Source: Candidatus Multivoradales bacterium (lineage in GTDB: Bacteria > Acidobacteriota > Thermoanaerobaculia > Multivoradales > J023). From it: a stretch of 64,000 nt of DNA. A program made the position numbers and the translations under genes. Shown piece after piece: positions 9,725 through 18,310 of the stretch. Under the pieces are notes generated by a model, which saw nothing but the letters and a program-made list of their open reading frames with translations, searched no databases and was not told where the DNA came from. The stretch is from assembly GCA_965250305.1 (NCBI GenBank), contig CBDFNS010000013.1, positions 1 through 64,000 on the forward strand, written 5' to 3'. The stretch's first letter is position 1. Every line of letters begins with the position of its first letter.

Positions 9725-11475
9725 CCGGGGCAATTCGAGGCCGGCGTCCGGCGCGCTTGGCATGGATCTGCCTGGCGATCAGCGGTATCGGTTGCGGCGG
9801 ACCGACAGTCGATGAACCCGCGGCCGAGGCCGGCGATGCCGTGGTATTGGCGCGCTACGCCGGTGGTGTCGTCACCGCTGACGATCTACGCCAGCGCATT
9901 CTCGGGCTCCCGTCCGGGGCTCGGCGTCCGGCCGACGGCGACTTCCAAACGTGGTACCGAATGCATATTCGCGAGCTCACCTTGGAGCGTTTGGCGCACG
10001 CCGACGCGCGCGCCGCCGGGGTTGTCGATCAACCCGCGTTTCAGCAACGCAGCCAGCAGGTGCGCCGCCAAGTGATTTCGGGCTTGTATGCGGAAACCCA
10101 TCTACCGCCGGTGGCACCGGTCACCGAGGCCGAGATGCGGGCGCGCTACGCTGGCGAGCCGGAGCACTATCGGATCCGCCCGCGTCGCGAGGTCTACCAG
10201 CTGTTCAAACGCATCGAGCCGGAATCCGATCGAGCCGCCGTCCGGGCCGAGATCGACGGCCTTCGGGCGCGGGTGTTCGCGGGCGAGCGCTTCCAGGCGC
10301 TGGCCGCGCGCCACTCCGACTCCGAAACCCGACACGGTGGCGGCGCGCTCGGCTGGTTCGAGCCCGGGCAGCTGGCACCCGCCCTCGACACCGTGGTCTT
10401 CGCCCTTCTCGAGCGGGAGCCGAGCGAGCCGATCGCCACCGCCGAGGGATTCCATCTGTTTTGGATCGAGAACGCCTTTTCGGCCCAACAGCTTACTTTC
10501 GACGAAGCCAAGACGTCGATCACCAACCGCATGCAGTGGGAACGACGGCAGGTCGCGCTCGATACCCTCGCCGGCGTACCGCCCGACGGTAGCTTCGTAC
10601 CGGACCGCGAGGAGCTGGCGACATTGATGGCCGGTCGTGATCCGCGGGCGCTGATCCTGCGCTTGGGCAGCTTCTCGCTGAACGCCGGAACCTTCGCCGT
10701 CATGGTCGGCGAGGCCCGTCGAGATGGGAGTTCCCGCGCGATTGCGGACCTGCCGTGGCGGCTGCTGGGCTCCATCCGGCAGCGGGAGCTGCTGTACCGG
10801 CAAGCCGAGGCAGCCGGTTTCGAGGCCCCTGAGGGCTATGGCAAGGTGCTCGAGCGCCTCGAGGCCCGGGCGTTGGTGCAGGTCTACTTGCAAGGCGAGC
10901 TGGCATCGCGCGTGCGTCGCGATGAAGCGGCGCTACGCGCCTACCATGCACTTCATCAGCGCCGTTTCTCCGAGCCGCTGCGCTTGCGTCTGACATGGCT
11001 CACCGTGCCGCTTTCAAGCCGGGCCAACCAAAACATGATCCGACTCGAAACCGCACGCGCGGACCTCGACGCGGGGAAACGGACCCTGGCCGCGGAGGCC
11101 GAGGCGCTCGGCGGCCAAATCGAGGCGGCGGATTGGCAGACCTTGGACCAGATCCGCGGTCGGGCGGCGACCGCTGCCAAGTTGGCGGTGGAGCTCGACG
11201 TCGGCGCCCACTCAGCCCCGTTTCGCTACCGCGACGCGCTCCATGTTTTGCGGGTGGAAGCGCGACGCGAACCCGTACTCAGGACGTTCGAGGCAGCGGT
11301 GGGGCCGGTGGTGGCTGACTACCTCGAGCATCACGGCACCGAAGTCCTGGCGGCCTACCGTGAAGGTTTGCTGGCGGACGGTGGTTTTGAGAGTTTTTCG
11401 GAGCGCCTGGCGGCCTTTAGCGCCGAGGCCTCTTCAGGGATCGCTGACTCGGGAACCCCTGCTGTCACGCCTTGA
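9721..11475 (+). CDS. SurA/PrsA-like peptidyl-prolyl cis-trans isomerase (PpiC/parvulin) lipoprotein
   Basis: Parvulin domain ..SDSETRHGGGALGWFEPGQLAPALDTVVFAL..EGFHLFWIE. Lipobox ISGIGCGG. The start overlaps the preceding stop (ATGA). Confidence 0.8.
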   Translation: MTGAIRGRRPARLAWICLAISGIGCGGPTVDEPAAEAGDAVVLARYAGGVVTADDLRQRILGLPSGARRPADGDFQTWYRMHIRELTLERLAHADARAAGVVDQPAFQQRSQQVRRQVISGLYAETHLPPVAPVTEAEMRARYAGEPEHYRIRPRREVYQLFKRIEPESDRAAVRAEIDGLRARVFAGERFQALAARHSDSETRHGGGALGWFEPGQLAPALDTVVFALLEREPSEPIATAEGFHLFWIENAFSAQQLTFDEAKTSITNRMQWERRQVALDTLAGVPPDGSFVPDREELATLMAGRDPRALILRLGSFSLNAGTFAVMVGEARRDGSSRAIADLPWRLLGSIRQRELLYRQAEAAGFEAPEGYGKVLERLEARALVQVYLQGELASRVRRDEAALRAYHALHQRRFSEPLRLRLTWLTVPLSSRANQNMIRLETARADLDAGKRTLAAEAEALGGQIEAADWQTLDQIRGRAATAAKLAVELDVGAHSAPFRYRDALHVLRVEARREPVLRTFEAAVGPVVADYLEHHGTEVLAAYREGLLADGGFESFSERLAAFSAEASSGIADSGTPAVTP

Positions 11476-11485
11476 CAGGTAGCGA

Positions 11486-11516
11486 GTATGGCTTGTACGC
11501 TGACGCAAGCCATACC
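11486..11516 (+). terminator. Hairpin downstream of the PPIase gene (gtatggcttg-N10-caagccatac)
   Basis: A 10-bp perfect stem lies immediately after the stop at 11475. There is no clear U-tract, as is common in GC-rich genomes. Confidence 0.35.
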
Positions 11517-11612
11517 CTTACTGCTCGACGATTGAAGAGCAAGAGCTGGATACGCAAGAGTTTGATTGTTGATCGACGCTTGGCCGTTTGAAACCGCACC
11601 CACGCACGCTTT

Positions 11613-12275
11613 GTGAGGATCCATCCGATGAAACAGCTTGTCGTTGCCTTTTCCGTCTTCCTATTACTGATGGGCGCCGTCGGCCTGTTGGCCGAGGGGC
11701 GGGATCCTGACCAAGTCCAAACTGTTCGAGCCAACCAAGGCACGCGGGACAATGTTCCGGTCACCATTCAATACGACGCAGGCGGTGCCCAGGACTTCTT
11801 CTACGCCTTGAGCGGTAACCTGGATGTCTTCGGCAACAGCTTTACATCGGCCACCGGTCTGCCGTTGAAATCCGGAACCGTCACTGGCCTGTCGTTCTTC
11901 GGCGTTGACAACGGCGGCAGTGCCGACTTGACGCTCAGCTTCATTGGGCCGCCGGCCGGCGGCGTCGCGCAGTTGTATACCTATATTAACTTTACCGGCA
12001 TCATCAACAGTGCCTTCAATACCGCCGCGGTGTCCCAGCCGGTCGGCCCGACTTTCCTGGTCGGCGGCTATGTGGGCACTTTCAACGGTCCGGACAGTTT
12101 CGGCGGTCAGAGCCAGAGCTACGCTGGCCAGGGATTCCATGCTTTCCAGGGTGACTTCCTCGGCGCCTACTCCATCGGCAGCATCGCATCGCTCCCCGCC
12201 CAGAACGCCATGATCCGCGCCTCCGGTCCGTTGGCCATGGTTCCGGTCGAGCTGATCAATTTCGAGGTAGAGTAG
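11613..12275 (+). CDS. Gly/Ser/Thr-rich secreted protein of unknown function
   Basis: Signal peptide MKQLVVAFSVFLLLMGAVGLLA. Low-complexity beta-rich body. Unusual acidic C-terminus ..MVPVELINFEVE*. Confidence 0.55.
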   Translation: MRIHPMKQLVVAFSVFLLLMGAVGLLAEGRDPDQVQTVRANQGTRDNVPVTIQYDAGGAQDFFYALSGNLDVFGNSFTSATGLPLKSGTVTGLSFFGVDNGGSADLTLSFIGPPAGGVAQLYTYINFTGIINSAFNTAAVSQPVGPTFLVGGYVGTFNGPDSFGGQSQSYAGQGFHAFQGDFLGAYSIGSIASLPAQNAMIRASGPLAMVPVELINFEVE

Positions 12276-12306
12276 TAAGCACGTCGACACCCATCGACGT
12301 TGGAGA

Positions 12307-12337
12307 AAGCGCGGCCGTGAGGCCGCGCTTCTTGTTG
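12307..12337 (+). terminator. Rho-independent-type terminator (aagcgcggcc-gtga-ggccgcgctt followed by cttcttgtt)
   Basis: A 10-bp GC stem with a 4-nt loop and a T-rich tail lies 30 nt after the stop of the secreted-protein gene. Confidence 0.55.
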
Positions 12338-12458
12338 CGCGAGAGGTCTGGCCAGAAAGTCCCGATGGCATTTCTTTGCACGCGCGGAGCCGCTAGGTCA
12401 CTAGAACCACCAACATCTTTACAGATGAGCCAGGTGTTGTGTGGTGGGCGACGTCGGC

Positions 12459-12556
12459 AGAAAATCCCCCCTGGCCCCCCTTTGAGAAAGGGGGGAAGAC
12501 GGATCGCGGGTCCGGCCCTCCCCCTTCTCCAAAGGGGGATTGAGGGGGATTTTCTG
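12459..12556. repeat. Nested palindromic element: 13-bp outer inverted repeat enclosing three hairpins (cloverleaf-like)
   Basis: cagaaaatccccc(12459-12471) pairs with gggggattttctg(12544-12556). Inner hairpins: cccccttt-gag-aaaggggg, ggatcgcgggtcc, and ccccctt-ctcca-aaggggg. The element sits between convergent genes. Confidence 0.5.
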
Positions 12557-12606
12557 CAAGGCCATCGCAGCGAGTTCATCGCTCGTCGGCCTGAGGCGAA
12601 GCCTCG

Positions 12607-14259
12607 CTAGCGTTCGACCAGCCGGACGTCGAGCGCGTCCAGCAGATCCCTTTCGACTTCAGAGCGCAGTCGTTTCGTCTGCTCGTTGCCAAGCGCGTTC
12701 TCGATCCGCAACCGGGCCTCGTCGAAGGTCATGGGGCGGGCGGGCTGCTCGCCGAGCATGCGGACGATCCAAAACGCGCCATCCTGCCAGATGGGGGCGC
12801 TGGTCTGGTCGACCGCCAGCGTTTCAACGGCGCCGAGCACGTCGGGGCCAAGCTGGGCGACGCGCGGTTTCGGCAACCAGGGCAGGTGGCCGCCGTTGCG
12901 GGCTGAGGGATGGCGCGAGCGCTGCCGCGCGGCCGCCTCGAACGCGACCGATCCCGCTTGTAGGTCGGTGGCCAAGCGCGCGAGCTCAGCCGCAGCCGCG
13001 GCACGCTGGTCGCTCGTCGAAGGGTGCCTTATGATCGCCAGACGGTATTCCGGCGGCCGTACGAAGGCGGTGGGGGCCGCCTCGAAGCGTGCCCGCAGGG
13101 TTTCTTCGGTCGCCGGTGTGAAGACCGCGCGGATGCGCCGCTGGAGGGCTTCCCCGGCCCGCAAGTGGTTGTCTTGCCAGATGAGGCGTGCGGCGATGTC
13201 GGGTCGCTGGTGGAGGGCCTGCTCACGGGCGTGGTCGGCCGCGATGATGGTGATCACATAGGCCTCGAGAATCTCACGGAGGGTAGCCGGCGCCACGGAC
13301 TCGAGCGCGGGCCGGGTTGGTTGCTGAGCCAGCAACCAGCGCGCGTGGCGGCGATCGAGCGCGCGCGATCCCAGGTGGACCACCTGGATGTCTTCGGCGG
13401 CGCTCAGATCGCGTGCCGTTTCGAGGTCGTAGCGGGGCTTCGCCAAGGCCAGCAGCGCGTCGCGGCGCGCCTGCCAAGCATCGCGTCTTTGCTGACGTTC
13501 GAGGTACCGGCGCAAGCGATCGCGCGCCACGTCCTCGGTCATGATCTTGGCCTCGACGACACGTTCGCATTTGAGTAGGGTGAAGCCGTCGGCGGAAACG
13601 AGAACCTCGCTGATCTCGCCCGGCGCCAGCGCCGTGGCGACGGCTTCGAGGGTCGGGGAGAGCTGCCCCGGCTCGACCATGCCCATGCGGCCGCCGCGCA
13701 CCCGGGTCTGGGAATCGGACGCGCGCCGCGCCAGGTCGCCGAAATCGGTGCCTGTGAGCAGAGATTGGCGCAGCTCATCCATCTCGGCCCGCAGCCGGTC
13801 ACGCTCGATGGGCGTCGCGTCGGGTGGCGCGCGCTTGAACAGATTGCGCAGCTGCATCTTGCGCGGCTGATGCCGCTCCGCGTCGCGGGCGCCGAGTTCG
13901 GCCTCCACCTCGGCGTCGCTGACCACGATCGTCGCGGTGATCTCTTGTCGCAAAGCGCGCTCGAGAATCTGATCGGCGGCGTGATCGAGCGCGAAGGTGA
14001 GGCGGGGCGACGGCGATTCGATCTCGCTGGCCAGCATCTGGGCGAGCGCCAGGCGGCGAACGTTGTCGAGACGTGTATCCGGCGTGTCCGTGCCTTTGGC
14101 ACCGGCGAGCCAAGTAGCGTAGTCTCCGTGTGTGATCTCGCCATGCTGGTAGGTCGCGACCATCAGATCGTCGGTTGGCGGCGCTCCGCCGCAGGCCACC
14201 AAGCCGAGCACCGAGAGGATTCGCCAGGGAGCGTTTGTCGAATGAGAAGGAATCGGCAT
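12607..14259 (-). CDS. SurA-like PpiC-type peptidyl-prolyl isomerase lipoprotein (paralog of 9721..11475)
   Basis: Parvulin domain ..SDSQTRVRGGRMGMVEPGQLSPTLEAVATAL..DGFTLLKCE. Lipobox LGLVACGG. Confidence 0.8.
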   Translation of the reverse strand: MPIPSHSTNAPWRILSVLGLVACGGAPPTDDLMVATYQHGEITHGDYATWLAGAKGTDTPDTRLDNVRRLALAQMLASEIESPSPRLTFALDHAADQILERALRQEITATIVVSDAEVEAELGARDAERHQPRKMQLRNLFKRAPPDATPIERDRLRAEMDELRQSLLTGTDFGDLARRASDSQTRVRGGRMGMVEPGQLSPTLEAVATALAPGEISEVLVSADGFTLLKCERVVEAKIMTEDVARDRLRRYLERQQRRDAWQARRDALLALAKPRYDLETARDLSAAEDIQVVHLGSRALDRRHARWLLAQQPTRPALESVAPATLREILEAYVITIIAADHAREQALHQRPDIAARLIWQDNHLRAGEALQRRIRAVFTPATEETLRARFEAAPTAFVRPPEYRLAIIRHPSTSDQRAAAAAELARLATDLQAGSVAFEAAARQRSRHPSARNGGHLPWLPKPRVAQLGPDVLGAVETLAVDQTSAPIWQDGAFWIVRMLGEQPARPMTFDEARLRIENALGNEQTKRLRSEVERDLLDALDVRLVER

Positions 14260-14358
14260 GAGTGGTAGAAAACAGCGTGGGATGCGTTGGGCGAAACGGG
14301 GTGAAAGCTACCATAGTGGTGAGTGTCGAGCGGGCCGCCGCTTCCCAGAGGGTGGCCG

Positions 14359-15423
14359 ATGAGCGGCGCGCGCTATCGGGTGGGCATTCTCGGCGCGACC
14401 GGCAGCGTCGGCCAAAAGCTGATCGGTCTGCTGGCCGAGCATCCGTGGTTCGAGGTGACTGCCGTTGCGGCTTCGGAACGGTCGGAAGGCAAACGCTATT
14501 CGGAGGCCGTCCATTGGCTCGAGCCGGAGGCGGTGCCTGAGGCAATCGGCCGGCTCACCGTTCAGCCGGCGCGGCCGCCGCTCGACTGTGACTTGGTGTT
14601 CTCAGCCTTGGGCACGGCGCCAGCGACCGAGGCCGAGCCAGCGTTCGCCCGTGCGGGGTACCCCGTGGTGTCGAACGCGGGCGCCTTTCGCATGGCACCC
14701 GATGTTCCGCTGTTGATTCCAGACATCAATCCCGAGCATGTGGCCATGATTTCGCGTCAGGGGTACCACCCCGACGGCCACGGCTACATCGTGACCAACC
14801 CGAACTGTTCGACGACCGGCTTGGTGGGTGCGCTCAAACCACTCGACGATGCGTTTGGCGTCGAATCCGTGCTGACGACCACCATGCAGGCCGTTTCCGG
14901 CGCGGGCTACCCGGGCGTGCCATCGTTGGACATTCTGGGCAACGTGGTGCCGTTCATCGGCAACGAGGAAGAAAAGCTCGAAGCCGAGCCCCGCAAGATC
15001 TTAGGCTCCGTCGACGCGAGCGGCAAGCTTGTCGAGGCGCCGATTGCGGTGAGTGCGCATGCCAACCGTGTACCGGTGATCGATGGTCATTTCTTGACCG
15101 TTTCAGCTCGGTTGCGGATTCCGGCGACACCCGAAGCCGCGATCGCCGCCTTGCGTGCCTACGAAGGGCCGCTTCGAGGTCTCGGGCTACCGACGGCACC
15201 GGCGCGGGTGATCGAGGTCCATACCCGGCCCGACCATCCCCAACCACGGCTGCATGCCGGGCGTGGTGGCGGCATGGTTATCGGGGTAGGGCGGGTACGG
15301 CCGTGCCCCCTTTTCGGGCTCCGGTTCGTTGCGTTGGTGCACAACACGCTGCGAGGCGCCGCGGGCGGTACCGTGCTCAACGCCGAGTTGTTGGTGGACC
15401 GTGGCTTGGTGGTAAGGCGATGA
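14359..15423 (+). CDS. asd: Aspartate-semialdehyde dehydrogenase
   Basis: RVGILGATGSVGQ NAD(P)-binding motif and active-site NPNCSTTGL. The ASADH fold is present over the full length. Confidence 0.8.
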   Translation: MSGARYRVGILGATGSVGQKLIGLLAEHPWFEVTAVAASERSEGKRYSEAVHWLEPEAVPEAIGRLTVQPARPPLDCDLVFSALGTAPATEAEPAFARAGYPVVSNAGAFRMAPDVPLLIPDINPEHVAMISRQGYHPDGHGYIVTNPNCSTTGLVGALKPLDDAFGVESVLTTTMQAVSGAGYPGVPSLDILGNVVPFIGNEEEKLEAEPRKILGSVDASGKLVEAPIAVSAHANRVPVIDGHFLTVSARLRIPATPEAAIAALRAYEGPLRGLGLPTAPARVIEVHTRPDHPQPRLHAGRGGGMVIGVGRVRPCPLFGLRFVALVHNTLRGAAGGTVLNAELLVDRGLVVRR

Positions 15424-17135
15424 AGCATGCTGGGACGGTGGCGCTCGTGCTCGGCCTTGCTGCCGTGGGCGTTGGTTGTCAAAACGAGGCCTCGATCCCG
15501 GAGGTAGCGGTGCCTGATTTCAGCGTGATTCTCCGCGGTGGCACTGTCTACGACGGCAGTGGCGGCACGCCGCTGGTTGCCGACATCGCGCTCGACGGTG
15601 ACCACGTGGCTGCCATCGGCGACTTTTCCGAGGCTGTGGGTGCGGTGGAGATCGACGTTGCTGGCTTGGCCGTTGCGCCGGGCTTCATCAATGTCCTCAG
15701 CTGGGCCACCGAGTCGCTGATTCTCGATGGCAGGTCGCAAAGCGACATCCGCCAGGGCGTGACCCTCGAGGTTTTTGGTGAAGGATGGTCGATGGGACCG
15801 CTCAGCGAGCCGATGAAGGCCCGGATGATCGAGCAGCGGGCGCCTGAGGTCGACTACTCGATCGCGTGGACAACCCTCGGTGAATATCTGGAACACCTCG
15901 AGTCGAGTGGTGTTGCTCCCAACGTCGCATCGTTTGTTGGCGCCACGACCGTGCGTATTCACGAGCTGGGCTATGACGACCGGCCGCCCGATGCCGAGGA
16001 GTTGGTGCGCATGCGAGCACTGGTCCGTACGGCCATGGAAGAGGGCGCGCTTGGTGTCGGCTCGTCGTTGATTTATGCACCAGCCTTCTATGCGTCGACC
16101 GAAGAGTTGGTGGCCCTGTGTGAAGAGGCCGCGGCCTTCGGCGGCATGTACATCTCCCACATGCGCAGTGAGGGCGCCCGGCTCCTCGAGTCGGTGGACG
16201 AGCTGATCGACATTGCCCGCCGGGCCAGCCTGCCGGCCGAGATCTACCATCTCAAGGCGGCGGGAAATGACAATTGGGGCAAACTCGACGCCGTGATCGA
16301 GCGCATCGAAGCGGCGCGCGCGAACGGGGTGCGCATTACAACCGATATGTACACCTACACAGCAGGTGCCACCGGTCTTGACGCGTCCATGCCACCGTGG
16401 GTACAAGAAGGTGGTTACGAGGCCTGGGCCGAGCGTCTACGCGATCCCACGACCCGTGCGCGGGTGGGGCGCGAAATGACCACGCCATCCGATGCCTGGG
16501 AGAATCTGTTCCTGGCCGCTGGGCCCGAGCGCATGCTTCTCAACGGGTTTCGCAATCCGGACCTGCGCGGGCTGGTCGGACGAATGTTGGCGGATGTCGC
16601 TGCTGAACGTGGCACGTCGCCCGCCGAGACGGCCATGGACTTGGTGATTGAAGACGGCAGCCGGGTCGGCACAATGTACTTCCTGATGTCAGAAGATAAC
16701 GTTCGACGGCAGGTTGCTTTGCCGTGGATGAGCTTTGGTTCGGATGCGGCCTCCGAGGCACCGGAAGGTTTCTTTTTGACCAGCAATCCGCATCCCAGAA
16801 CCTACGGCAACTTCGCCCGCCTGCTCGGTCGCTACGTGCGGGATGAAGAGCTCTTGCCGCTCGAAGAGGCGATTCGCAAGCTGACCGCTTTGCCGGCGGC
16901 CAACCTCGGATTACGGCGACGCGGCACGTTGCAACCAGGCTTCTACGCCGATGTGGTCGTCTTCGATCCCGCGAAAGTTACCGATCACGCGACATTCGAG
17001 GAGCCGCACCAATACGCAACGGGGGTCGTCCACGTTTTCGTCAACGGCGAAGCGGTTCTTCGGGATGGCGAGCATACCGGCGCCACCCCTGGACGCGTTG
17101 TTCGTGGTCCTGGTTGGACAGGTTGGACTGAGTGA
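15420..17135 (+). CDS. N-acyl-D-amino-acid deacylase (D-aminoacylase) family amidohydrolase, secreted/lipoprotein
   Basis: D-aminoacylase-type amidohydrolase homology throughout. Signal VALVLGLAAVGVGC. ATGA overlap with the asd stop. Confidence 0.75.
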   Translation: MKHAGTVALVLGLAAVGVGCQNEASIPEVAVPDFSVILRGGTVYDGSGGTPLVADIALDGDHVAAIGDFSEAVGAVEIDVAGLAVAPGFINVLSWATESLILDGRSQSDIRQGVTLEVFGEGWSMGPLSEPMKARMIEQRAPEVDYSIAWTTLGEYLEHLESSGVAPNVASFVGATTVRIHELGYDDRPPDAEELVRMRALVRTAMEEGALGVGSSLIYAPAFYASTEELVALCEEAAAFGGMYISHMRSEGARLLESVDELIDIARRASLPAEIYHLKAAGNDNWGKLDAVIERIEAARANGVRITTDMYTYTAGATGLDASMPPWVQEGGYEAWAERLRDPTTRARVGREMTTPSDAWENLFLAAGPERMLLNGFRNPDLRGLVGRMLADVAAERGTSPAETAMDLVIEDGSRVGTMYFLMSEDNVRRQVALPWMSFGSDAASEAPEGFFLTSNPHPRTYGNFARLLGRYVRDEELLPLEEAIRKLTALPAANLGLRRRGTLQPGFYADVVVFDPAKVTDHATFEEPHQYATGVVHVFVNGEAVLRDGEHTGATPGRVVRGPGWTGWTE

Positions 17136-17227
17136 GGGTTGGGTCGGACAAAACCCAATAGAGTTTCCCGGTCGAAATACAATGGTATTTCGCACTGTTT
17201 CGTGTCGAAGTGCAATGCATGTTGCGC

Positions 17228-18310
17228 CTACGAACGCCGCCGCAGCCAACGCGCTTCTTGGCGCGCAGCGCGCAGTAGGGCTCGGGGAACGAGTAGTAGC
17301 GGAGACATGGTGCCGAAGGCGCCCGCGATGGCGTAGAGTGTGCCGAGACCGATCCGGCGTTCACTGGTAATGGCGTAGATGGGCTCCCAATGCTCGGGCA
17401 AGAACTTGGCCTTGTAGCGATCGAGCCCTTCGAAGTTGTAGAACCGGCGGCCGTGGGCGCGCAACCAGCCCAGGAGGGCCCGAATCCACATCGGTTGGGT
17501 GTCGAGGGTGATGTTCGATCGTCGCGATAGTGGAGAGAGGCCCAACGTGACGTATTCCGCTTGCGCTTCCGCCAGTGCCCTCATGGCGGCGTCGAGCAGG
17601 AGCTCCGATGTGCCGTTGGGTGCGCCTGTGCCGCGGATGGTTTGCTCGATCAGCCATCCTTGCCGCTTCGGAATCGGTGAGGCGATGAGAAAGCCCACAA
17701 CGGCCGACCCGGAGACGGCCACAAAGATGCGTCGGTCGTAGAGACGATCGAGCGTTTCGGGTTCAACCAAGAAGTGGAGCGGCGGCAAGCCGCGGGTTTC
17801 GAGCCACTGTTCCAAACAGCGGTGAAGCTGCGGGTGGCCAGTGGCGCGCGTTGTCGACCACGATTCGACCACAACGCCCTTGTTGGTCGCACGATTGAGC
17901 TGCGCACGCAACGATGCCTTGCTGGCGACGATGTTGCGCCAACGTGCTGGACGCCAAACGGGTTGGGCTCCCAACAGAATGCGATCGAGGGGACCTCGGC
18001 GTTCGAGCAGCCGGGCGAGGCGGTCGTCAGCGGCGAAGTAGCATGACCACAGCCCCGCGTTGTGGGTGTCGCGCTCAAAGGCCTCGACCACCGCCGCGAG
18101 TTGATCTGGCGCACAGACAGGCGCGCCAGCCACGACCCGATAGCCACCGGAGACCACATAGCCAACGACCGCGTCGTCAGCGGGCGTGAACCAACGATGA
18201 ATGCCCGGATTGAGGAGTTGGTACGCGGTCGCGTTCCAGCCCCATTCGAGCACCAACCGACGCGTCTTCTCGAGCGCTGCGGACTCCGCCATCGGCGGCA
18301 ACGTCATTCG
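17228..18310 (-). CDS. Standalone DUF2156 / lysyl-phosphatidylglycerol-synthase C-terminal-domain-like protein (putative aa-tRNA-dependent aminoacyltransferase, VlmA-like)
   Basis: ..RRFYNFEGLDRYKAKFLPEHWEPIYA.. is the signature region of the MprF C-terminal (DUF2156) fold. There is no flippase/TM domain. The start overlaps the upstream gene. Confidence 0.6.
   Translation of the reverse strand, partial: RMTLPPMAESAALEKTRRLVLEWGWNATAYQLLNPGIHRWFTPADDAVVGYVVSGGYRVVAGAPVCAPDQLAAVVEAFERDTHNAGLWSCYFAADDRLARLLERRGPLDRILLGAQPVWRPARWRNIVASKASLRAQLNRATNKGVVVESWSTTRATGHPQLHRCLEQWLETRGLPPLHFLVEPETLDRLYDRRIFVAVSGSAVVGFLIASPIPKRQGWLIEQTIRGTGAPNGTSELLLDAAMRALAEAQAEYVTLGLSPLSRRSNITLDTQPMWIRALLGWLRAHGRRFYNFEGLDRYKAKFLPEHWEPIYAITSERRIGLGTLYAIAGAFGTMSPLLLVPRALLRAARQEARWLRRRS

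Noticed and set aside
12459-12556. Possible tRNA or tmRNA-like cloverleaf
   Set aside because: It has a four-way-junction topology but lacks conserved T-loop/D-loop motifs, an anticodon loop of 7 nt and a CCA context. It is built from homopolymeric C/G runs, so it is treated as a palindromic element and not an RNA gene.
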